Source: Methylophilaceae bacterium (lineage in GTDB: Bacteria; Pseudomonadota; Gammaproteobacteria; Burkholderiales; Methylophilaceae). Taken from it: 64,000 nucleotides of DNA. The translations under genes were made by a program, and so were the position numbers. The DNA lies in contig JADHPM010000006.1 in NCBI GenBank assembly GCA_016778465.1, forward strand, positions 4,209 through 68,208. The letters are read 5' to 3'. A model generated the notes under the pieces. It had not been told where the DNA came from, did no database searches, and was given only the letters and a program-made list of their open reading frames with translations. Position 1 is the stretch's first letter. Each line of letters starts with the position of its first letter. Shown one piece after another: positions 11,847 through 18,424 of the stretch.

Positions 11847-13218
11847 TGCGATTGATAAAAATATTTTTCGCGCTTATGACATACGTGGAATTGTAGATAG
11901 ATCACTCGATAAAGAGACTGTCAACTTAATAGGTAAAGCAATTGGCACCCTGGCACTTGAAGAAAATCAAGGGACTATATGTGTCGGTCGTGATGGCAGA
12001 CTTTCTAGCCCAAAGTTATCAGAGGCGCTAATTACAGGGCTCCTTTCTACAGGTATTGACGTAATTGACATCGGTCTTGTTGCAACACCTATGCTGTATT
12101 TTAGTAATTTTCACCTTAATACCAAAACAGGTGTAATGATAACGGGTAGTCATAACCCACCAAATTACAATGGTTTTAAAACCGTTATCAACGAAGGAAC
12201 ATTAACCTCTAAAGATATACAAGACCTTTATCAGCGTATTTGCAAAAAAGATTTTCGTTGTGGTGCGGGAAAACTCGAAAAAGCAGATATAAAAACGGCC
12301 TATCTCAAAGCAATTACCAGTAATATTAAAATTAAACGCCCTATAAAAATTTCAATAGATTGTGGGAATGGTGCAGCTGGTGTCTGCGCAGTAGAGCTTT
12401 TCCAACAACTCGGAGTGCAAACTGAAAATTTATTTTGTGTGGTTGATGGCAGATTTCCCAATCACCATCCTGACCCATCAAATCCCAAAAATCTTACCAG
12501 TTTAATTGAAAATGTGAAGAAGACAGACAGTGAGTTTGGATTGGCCTTCGATGGCGATGCTGATCGTTTAGGCGTAGTGACCAAATCAGGTGAAATTATC
12601 TACCCAGATAGGCAGCTTTTATTATTTGCTGAAGCTGTTCTTGATGAAAATCCCGGGGCTACTATTATTTTTGATGTCAAATCAACTCGATACCTATTTG
12701 ACTGGATTAGCTCTAGAGGTGGAAAGCCATTCATCTGGAAAACAGGTCATTCTCATATTAAAATGAAAATGAAAGAAATAAATGCTGCTCTTGCCGGAGA
12801 GATGAGTGGCCACACTTTTTTTAATGATAGATGGTATGGTTTTGATGATGCACTTTACGCTGCTGCAAGACTGATCGAAATTTTGAGTGCTCATAAAGAT
12901 CCTTCATTGATACTAGAATCTTTACCTAAGGGGTTTAGTACGCCTGAATTAAATATCGCCCTTGATGAAGGGCAGCAGCACTCATTAATCAAGACCCTAC
13001 AAGATCAGGCCATCTTCCCCCGAGCTCAAAGTATAAATAAAATTGATGGACTGAGAGTTGAGTATGAGTATGGCTTTGGCCTTATGAGGGCATCTAACAC
13101 TACTCCCGTCATTGTTCTGAGGTTTGAGGCGGACACAGACGAGAATTTAAAAAAAATACAAGACGAATTTAAAGATTGTTTGTCGACTTATATTGAGAAA
13201 GAGAATTTACCCTTCTAA
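11833..13218 (+). CDS. Phosphomannomutase/phosphoglucomutase
   Basis: 461 aa; active-site loop TGSHNPPNYNGFK and FDGDADR metal loop. Confidence 0.92.
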   Translation: MSMSNAIDKNIFRAYDIRGIVDRSLDKETVNLIGKAIGTLALEENQGTICVGRDGRLSSPKLSEALITGLLSTGIDVIDIGLVATPMLYFSNFHLNTKTGVMITGSHNPPNYNGFKTVINEGTLTSKDIQDLYQRICKKDFRCGAGKLEKADIKTAYLKAITSNIKIKRPIKISIDCGNGAAGVCAVELFQQLGVQTENLFCVVDGRFPNHHPDPSNPKNLTSLIENVKKTDSEFGLAFDGDADRLGVVTKSGEIIYPDRQLLLFAEAVLDENPGATIIFDVKSTRYLFDWISSRGGKPFIWKTGHSHIKMKMKEINAALAGEMSGHTFFNDRWYGFDDALYAAARLIEILSAHKDPSLILESLPKGFSTPELNIALDEGQQHSLIKTLQDQAIFPRAQSINKIDGLRVEYEYGFGLMRASNTTPVIVLRFEADTDENLKKIQDEFKDCLSTYIEKENLPF

Positions 13219-13646
13219 TGAAAAAACTAATTTTAATATTGCTCTTAAGCTTTAATGCTCTATTTATTTCTTTAGCATACGCCATGGAAAAAACACCAGC
13301 ACCAAAAAATGCTGCGCTATATATCATTGCACCCCAAAATAATGCAACTATAAGCAATCCAATAAAAATTATTTTTGGTCTAAAAAACATGGGTGTTGCA
13401 CCTGCTGGCATAAAATATGCGCAAACGGGACATCATCATTTGTTGATTAACTTAGATAACCTTCCTTCACTTGATCGTCCGATTCCCAGTGATAAAAATC
13501 ATATCCATTTTGGCAAAGGTCAAACGGAAACAACAATCCAATTACCTCCGGGGAAGCATACACTGCAGCTAATATTGGGGGATCATCATCATATTCCTCA
13601 TGATCCAGCAGTTATATCAGAGAAAATTACAATTTTTGTTAACTAG
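13218..13646 (+). CDS. Exported DUF4399-like His-rich protein
   Basis: 142 aa with signal peptide (MKKLILILLLSFNALFISLAYA). Has GHHHLLINLD and GDHHHIPHD motifs, as I recall for DUF4399. TAATG junction with the upstream gene. Confidence 0.6.
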   Translation: MKKLILILLLSFNALFISLAYAMEKTPAPKNAALYIIAPQNNATISNPIKIIFGLKNMGVAPAGIKYAQTGHHHLLINLDNLPSLDRPIPSDKNHIHFGKGQTETTIQLPPGKHTLQLILGDHHHIPHDPAVISEKITIFVN

Positions 13647-14043
13647 CTTTTGCTTCCTCGCATGCAATATTCATATAAGCTGAGTTAATGGTATTTGAGT
13701 TAACGCTCAGCCACTCTGATGGCACCCCTTTATTATAAATAGATACCCCTTGTGCTTTTTTATTCTTATAAAGTGAATAGGCCATATAACGCAATTTTTT
13801 TGCCCCACAATCAAGCTGAATTAGACTTTTTAAAGAGCTATATTCTAATTTTTTAACTTTTTGAGGCGTAGCAAAACTCTCCATCACCCACATACGAACC
13901 TTATTTTCAAAAAGTTTAAAGTTATCTAGTTTCACATAAAATGTAGTTTTAGTGGCTTTATCCTCATGAATTAATGTCCAATTTTCATTGGCAATAGCAT
14001 TGGTGCAAAGAGGTATTAAAAGAACAAAAAGGAGAATTTTCAT
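13639..14043 (-). CDS. Hypothetical secreted protein
   Basis: I chose the internal ATG at 14043 (MKILLFVLLIPLCTNAIA signal peptide). The longer track ORF would run through the pqqA terminator hairpin at 14062-14088. Confidence 0.55.
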   Translation of the reverse strand: MKILLFVLLIPLCTNAIANENWTLIHEDKATKTTFYVKLDNFKLFENKVRMWVMESFATPQKVKKLEYSSLKSLIQLDCGAKKLRYMAYSLYKNKKAQGVSIYNKGVPSEWLSVNSNTINSAYMNIACEEAKAS

Positions 14044-14061
14044 TATAGTGATTATATATAT

Positions 14062-14088
14062 AAAAAAAGCCCGAACAAGTCGGGCTTT
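14062..14088 (-). terminator. Rho-independent terminator downstream of pqqA copy 1
   Basis: Stem GCCCGA/TCGGGC (14069-14074 with 14080-14085). It is followed on the minus strand by a run of 7 T. Confidence 0.75.
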
Positions 14089-14105
14089 CTCATAGAACAA
14101 ATGAA

Positions 14106-14177
14106 TTACTTGTTCATTACGTACATGGTTACTTCAAAACCAAAACGCATTTCTGTAGCTGCAGGTTTAGTCCACAT
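14106..14177 (-). CDS. pqqA: Coenzyme PQQ precursor peptide PqqA (copy 1)
   Basis: Hand-translated 23 codons: [23 protein letters not shown]. Has the conserved E-x3-Y core (EVTMY). AGGAGA lies 6 nt upstream of the ATG. Too short for the ORF track. Confidence 0.88.
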   Translation of the reverse strand: MWTKPAATEMRFGFEVTMYVMNK

Positions 14178-14303
14178 AATGTTTCTCCTAAAAAAAAATT
14201 AATTAATAGACTTGGCTGAACACATCGGGCAAGTACATCGCCATCCGTGGAAAAGCCAATCAGTAATTTCTGTATTTTTACAAGCTTTTAATTTCATTAA
14301 AAA

Positions 14304-14375
14304 TTAACGATTGCAAACGTACATAGTTACTTCAAAACCAAAACGCATTTCAGTTGCTGTAGGTTGTGTCCACAT
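14304..14375 (-). CDS. pqqA: Coenzyme PQQ precursor peptide PqqA (copy 2)
   Basis: Hand-translated 23 codons: [23 protein letters not shown]. Same E-x3-Y core, with an AGGAGA RBS upstream. Confidence 0.88.
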   Translation of the reverse strand: MWTQPTATEMRFGFEVTMYVCNR

Positions 14376-14434
14376 AGTATTTCTCCTTGTTTATGTTAAA
14401 TAAAGTTCATTAAACATAAACCAGATCATTGAAG

Positions 14435-14464
14435 ATGTTACTACAAGTAGCAACAAAGGTTCAA
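14435..14464 (-). promoter_or_regulatory. Candidate sigma-70 promoter for the pqqA pair
   Basis: Minus strand reads TTGAAC-N18-TAACAT, about 55-60 nt upstream of the pqqA copy 2 ATG. Pattern match only. Confidence 0.3.
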
Positions 14465-14557
14465 CTTGAGATTTACATTAAATATACTAGGCTCATCCTA
14501 AAAAATAGCCATGAAGATGAGCATGAAGATGGGCTAAAGAAAATCATTAAGGAATTT

Positions 14558-14585
14558 AAAAAAAACCGAGCTCACATGAGCTCGG
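14558..14585 (-). terminator. Rho-independent terminator after the repeat-protein genes
   Basis: Perfect 8-bp stem CCGAGCTC/GAGCTCGG with a 4-nt loop, followed on the minus strand by T8. Lies 23 nt downstream of the stop at 14608. Confidence 0.85.
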
Positions 14586-14607
14586 TCAGATGGATACTAT
14601 AAGAATT

Positions 14608-14886
14608 TTAATAGCCGCCCAAATCAGCACCACCATCGTCTGCTGCAGGATTAAAGCCACCGTTACCACCAATCAATAGAGCATCTGTTGGATGAAAAGC
14701 TGTTGCGGGAGCAGCTTCACTTGCATAATCACCCAAATCAGCACCACCATCGTCTGCTGCAGGATTAAAGCCACCGTTACCACCAATCAATAGAGCGTCT
14801 GTTGGATGAAAAGCATCATCAGCGAATAAGGCTGATGATGCAAATAATCCAGATACGAAACTAACAAAAACTAATTTTTTCATCAT
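14608..14886 (-). CDS. Secreted acidic tandem-repeat protein A (2 x 28-aa FHPTDALLIGGNGGFNP..GGADLG.Y module), unknown family
   Basis: 92 aa with a Sec signal peptide (MMKKLVFVSFVSGLFASSALFA). The mature part has no Lys/Arg, and roughly 60% of it is Asp/Glu, Gly or Ala. GGGAGA RBS upstream. Confidence 0.7.
   Translation of the reverse strand: MMKKLVFVSFVSGLFASSALFADDAFHPTDALLIGGNGGFNPAADDGGADLGDYASEAAPATAFHPTDALLIGGNGGFNPAADDGGADLGGY
14618..14814. repeat. Intragenic direct repeat, 2 x 83 nt, period 114 nt (1 mismatch)
   Basis: 14618-14700 and 14732-14814 are identical except for one A/G difference. Confidence 0.95.
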
Positions 14887-14952
14887 TTTCTCCCGTTCGT
14901 TTATAAATAATAATTGAAGTAATTTTTAATCATAAAAGGAGAAAATTGAAAA

Positions 14953-15237
14953 TTAGTAATCTCCTAAATCTGCTCCACCCTCTTCCGCTGATGGGTTAAA
15001 GCCACCGTTACCACCAATTAATAATGCGTCGGTTGGGTGGAATTCTTTTTCCGGTGCAGCTGGCGCGTCTAAATCACCAAGGTCAGCCCCGCCCTCTTCC
15101 GCTGATGGGTTAAAGCCACCGTTACCACCAATTAATAATGCGTCAGTTGGGTGGAATTCCTCTGCGGGCTCTGGCTCAGGTGTTGCGCAACCAAATAAAA
15201 ACGCCCCCATAAATGTTGCAAGTAAAGTCTTCTTCAT
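14953..15237 (-). CDS. Lipoprotein-type acidic tandem-repeat protein B (paralog of protein A), unknown family
   Basis: 94 aa with signal peptide and lipobox (LFGC). Same 28-aa module twice, with the same 38-aa period. GGGGAG RBS upstream. Confidence 0.7.
   Translation of the reverse strand: MKKTLLATFMGAFLFGCATPEPEPAEEFHPTDALLIGGNGGFNPSAEEGGADLGDLDAPAAPEKEFHPTDALLIGGNGGFNPSAEEGGADLGDY
14978..15159. repeat. Intragenic direct repeat, 2 x ~68 nt, period 114 nt (1 mismatch)
   Basis: 14978-15045 and 15092-15159: 53 nt identical, one G/A difference, then 14 nt identical. Confidence 0.95.
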
Positions 15238-15321
15238 TTACATACTCCCCTGTTAGTAAAAAAAAATGCAAATATATTGCAAAACAACAATTCATTAAGG
15301 TTTATTTAACTTAATAGTTCA

Positions 15322-15350
15322 AATATGACAATTTTATTACGGTATGTCAA
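15322..15350 (-). promoter_or_regulatory. Candidate sigma-70 promoter for the repeat-protein genes
   Basis: Minus strand reads TTGACA-N17-CATATT, about 85 nt upstream of the ATG at 15237. Pattern match only. Confidence 0.35.
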
Positions 15351-15371
15351 TCTTGTAAGAAAATTTAAGAG

Positions 15372-15977
15372 CTAAAAAATTAAAACCTTATTTTTCAGTA
15401 GAGCGCTAGCAAAGGGTGAACCTAGTTTGGAGGATTTTTGAATTAACTTGTAAGCTCTGGGAGTTTCTTTTGGCACTATATAACCATAGTAATAGAGCAA
15501 GCCTAAGTTAAATAAAGCCTCAGGGTGATCGTTTCCAGCAGCCTGTTTAAGCCAAGTGTAGGCTTCAGCTTTGCCTACACCCATGTCGTTAACGTACAAA
15601 AACCAAAAAAGGTATTGTGTTTCTATATCGCCAGAATTGCCAACTCTCCTGAGTTCTTTTAAGCCCTCTGCTGAGTATATCTTCTCTAAAACAGGTTCAT
15701 ATTTTTTTACGTTATCGATAAATAAATGAATACGAAAGTCATCCTTCTTGAGGTAACTTAGTAAATATTTTTGACTCTTAATATGATTTTGATAAGACGC
15801 AACTTCTAATAAATCTTTTGCCGTGTTTAGATCGTCTTCGATGAGTAATTGCGCAAATCGAAATTGCTGATCAGGCTCTCCCTCCAAAGCATTTTTGGAC
15901 AATTCATCCGCTACAGCTCCGAGACAGAGAAAAATCTTAAAAAGTAGTAAGAATTTAAATAGCTGAAAAGTGGACAT
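15372..15977 (-). CDS. Exported Sel1-like (TPR-family) repeat protein
   Basis: 201 aa with a signal peptide. C-terminal Sel1-type repeats (AYTWLKQAAGNDHPEALFNLGLLYYYGY...AYKLIQKSSKLG). Confidence 0.65.
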   Translation of the reverse strand: MSTFQLFKFLLLFKIFLCLGAVADELSKNALEGEPDQQFRFAQLLIEDDLNTAKDLLEVASYQNHIKSQKYLLSYLKKDDFRIHLFIDNVKKYEPVLEKIYSAEGLKELRRVGNSGDIETQYLFWFLYVNDMGVGKAEAYTWLKQAAGNDHPEALFNLGLLYYYGYIVPKETPRAYKLIQKSSKLGSPFASALLKNKVLIF

Positions 15978-16024
15978 TATTGTTAAATTGTAATAAATTA
16001 GACATAAAAAAGAGGTATATTCCT

Positions 16025-16780
16025 GTGAATTTTTTTAAAAAAGTAAGTTTCCTTTTTTTGCTAACATTTTCGCTGAATTTGCTTGCTGAGGCAAATCCAG
16101 AGCTTTGGCCCTTCGTCAAAGAAAAAATGTTTCAAGATAGGATTATTGTAGATGCAGATTTTGTAAAACTTTCAGGTCCAAAACGTGCTTCAAGTGGCGC
16201 ACAAGTTCCTGTTAAAGTTGAAATTAATTCGCCTAGTGATATCACCATCAAACATGTATTTTTAATTATTGATGCAAACCCTGCTCAACATGCCGCAACT
16301 TATTTTCTAACTGAAAAAACACAAAATTTAAATATTTCCACACGCATTAGAATGGAAACTGACTCCTTTGTTCGAGCTGTTGCTGAAGATACCCAAGGGA
16401 ATCTTTACATGAGTTACCAACAGATACGCGCCTCAGGTGGATGCAGTGGTTACATGGATGTGCACGACCCAGAATTGACTGCTGATCTTGGCAAAATTTT
16501 AATGAAATCTAAAGAAGACTTTTTGGTAACACGAATTAAACATCCAAACTTTACTGGACTGCAACGCGACCTAGCATCTGGTGGTTACATTCCTGAATGG
16601 ATTGTTAGAGACATGATATTCCTTCATGATAACGAGGTAATTTTGGCAGTTCAAAACAAAATCTCAATCAGCCAAGACCCTTACCTGAAAATTCAGCTAC
16701 CTAAGAAAATTAATGGGAATGTTGTTTTAAACGCAGCTGATACCAAAGGTAATAAATTTTCAAAAGATATTAATATCTAG
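16025..16780 (+). CDS. Quinoprotein-dehydrogenase-associated SoxYZ-like carrier (SoxY-SoxZ fusion)
   Basis: SoxY-like N-terminal half (GAQVPVKVEI...IIDANP...) ends in a GGCSG cysteine loop (Cys codon 16442-16444). A SoxZ-like half follows (RIKHPNFTGLQ). I prefer the GTG at 16025 (AGAGG 8 nt upstream, then a signal peptide) over the TTG at 15980. Confidence 0.7.
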   Translation: MNFFKKVSFLFLLTFSLNLLAEANPELWPFVKEKMFQDRIIVDADFVKLSGPKRASSGAQVPVKVEINSPSDITIKHVFLIIDANPAQHAATYFLTEKTQNLNISTRIRMETDSFVRAVAEDTQGNLYMSYQQIRASGGCSGYMDVHDPELTADLGKILMKSKEDFLVTRIKHPNFTGLQRDLASGGYIPEWIVRDMIFLHDNEVILAVQNKISISQDPYLKIQLPKKINGNVVLNAADTKGNKFSKDINI

Positions 16781-17123
16781 ATTTAGTAACTTGTTGCTTT
16801 ATCCAAACATAAATAAAGGGGCTAATCCCAACAAGAATAAACAGCCCAAATATACGTAATATATTCCAATAAAAAAATACGTGATGATCTATTAAATCAC
16901 CGAGCTCAAGAATTTTCTTTTGGTTTGCGTCTAAATCCATAGTTCTTAATTTAAGCACCTCAATATCGCAAAGCTTGTTCTCATTTACGCATTTTCTTAC
17001 CTCAGCATCATAACGTTGAACAAATATCTGGTTTGAAAAATACTCATTAAAAACAAGGAAAATAGATAAGAAGAACCCTATACAAAAAAACAGCCAAAAA
17101 AAATGTTTGTATTTACTGTACAT
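16770..17123 (-). CDS. Hypothetical membrane protein (2 TM)
   Basis: 117 aa with hydrophobic segments at both ends. Lies 3 nt downstream of the TauE-family gene. I recognise no family. Confidence 0.5.
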   Translation of the reverse strand: MYSKYKHFFWLFFCIGFFLSIFLVFNEYFSNQIFVQRYDAEVRKCVNENKLCDIEVLKLRTMDLDANQKKILELGDLIDHHVFFYWNILRIFGLFILVGISPFIYVWIKQQVTKSRY

Positions 17124-17126
17124 AAT

Positions 17127-17882
17127 TTAAGTTAAGATAAATTTCCAAGCTGCAATAATTAGCACAATGCCCAAAACTTTTCTTAGGCCGACAGGGTTAA
17201 GATGCTTGATCCCTAACTGAGTTCCAATCATTACGCCAATAAAAACTGAAATGGAAAATAAAAAAACGACGGGGGGTAAAGAATTTACGGAGGACAGATT
17301 ACCTAACAAGCCAGCAATAGAGTTTAGAAGAATAAATCCTGCTGCCGTACCTGAGGCGGCTTTAACGGTTGTCCAACGCATTAAAACAATTATTGGTGAT
17401 AAAAAAATACCTCCTCCCGTTCCAGTTAGCCCTGAAATAAAGCCAATTATAATTCCAGTAAAAAAGGCAAGCATAGGGTTTACTCTTTTTTGGCCTTTTG
17501 CGCTCGTCTTAAAAAAATTAAATATAAGTTGCAAACCAGCAATTAATAAAACAAAGCCAAGTAGAGGTCGATAAAGATTTTCCGGCAAATTTATGTAGCC
17601 CCCTATGAAAGCAGCAGGTACAGACCCAAATATAATGGGCAAGAAAACCTGAAAATTAAAAAATTTGTTTTGGATAAAACGAAAAGAGGCGATTGATGAG
17701 ACAATAACATTAAGCGTTAACCCTATAGGTTTAATTAAGCTAACAGGCGTTCCAAGTAGGGTCATAATAGCTATATATGAGGAGGCACCCCCATGACCAA
17801 CTGAAGAATAAATAATTGCACCAAAAAAAATTAAGGTTGCAGTGAGAAGTTCTTTAGCAGAGAAAGATAATAAAAATTCCAT
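17127..17882 (-). CDS. TauE/SafE (TSUP) family anion permease
   Basis: 251 aa, polytopic and Gly-rich (GHGGASSY, GLTGTGGGIF), typical of the TSUP/sulfite-exporter family. Confidence 0.8.
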   Translation of the reverse strand: MEFLLSFSAKELLTATLIFFGAIIYSSVGHGGASSYIAIMTLLGTPVSLIKPIGLTLNVIVSSIASFRFIQNKFFNFQVFLPIIFGSVPAAFIGGYINLPENLYRPLLGFVLLIAGLQLIFNFFKTSAKGQKRVNPMLAFFTGIIIGFISGLTGTGGGIFLSPIIVLMRWTTVKAASGTAAGFILLNSIAGLLGNLSSVNSLPPVVFLFSISVFIGVMIGTQLGIKHLNPVGLRKVLGIVLIIAAWKFILT

Positions 17883-18397
17883 TAATCAAAACATTTTCGA
17901 ACAATCTCTTGATTGATGACTTGAAAATTACCTGAGCTTTTTGTGTTATCCATGAGGTAATGAAAATATAGGGTAAATTCGCCATCGCCCAATATATCTT
18001 CAAAGAGTTTTTCTGGAATTATTTCATTACGACGTTTGGTTAATTGTGAAGTATTAGAGATAAAGTTAACATTCTTGGTTTTAATCGCTAAGGCATGAAA
18101 CCAGTTCCTAACGGTAAAAGAGTAAAAGGGTCGCTTGAGATTTTGGTGGCCAAGCTCATAGGCTCGAAAATGCTTGTTTAAATCAAACACGTGATTTTGG
18201 TTGCTGTAGAACAAAATTTCAAAATATTTTTTTCTATTTTTATCATCATAGTTTTGCCTGCAAACAGCTTTGAGCTTTAAATAATCTTCATCGATTGGAG
18301 CAAAGAAATTCGCCTCAGTAAAGTCTTTGAAGGAGTGATCTTTGGCAAAGAGATTAAAATTATAAAACAAGCAAAAAATTATGAAATAAGGCATCAA
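17882..18397 (-). CDS. Hypothetical exported protein
   Basis: 171 aa with an N-terminal hydrophobic signal-like segment. 1-nt junction with the TauE-family gene. I recognise no family. Confidence 0.5.
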   Translation of the reverse strand: MMPYFIIFCLFYNFNLFAKDHSFKDFTEANFFAPIDEDYLKLKAVCRQNYDDKNRKKYFEILFYSNQNHVFDLNKHFRAYELGHQNLKRPFYSFTVRNWFHALAIKTKNVNFISNTSQLTKRRNEIIPEKLFEDILGDGEFTLYFHYLMDNTKSSGNFQVINQEIVRKCFD

Positions 18398-18424
18398 ACA
18401 CTAGTTTAGCTTATTTTTATAATG

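Noticed and set aside
14044-14100. N-terminal extension of the 153-aa ORF (MFYEKARLVRAFFIYIITI)
   Set aside because: It spans the pqqA rho-independent terminator hairpin and its T-run. A proper signal peptide begins at the internal Met (14043).
14178-14303. Possible third small peptide gene or structured RNA between the two pqqA copies (for example minus-strand MAMYLPDVFSQVY)
   Set aside because: It has no RBS, no E-x3-Y motif and no convincing hairpin beyond a 6-bp long-range pairing (TTGGCT/AGCCAA). I treated it as an intergenic spacer, possibly with an internal promoter (TTGCCC-N18-TATTAA).
14511-14537. Plus-strand mini-ORF ATGAAGATGAGCATGAAGATGGGCTAA (MKMSMKMG)
   Set aside because: It has no RBS and only 8 codons, and it arises from a 12-nt direct repeat. 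It is more likely a protein-binding repeat than a coding sequence.
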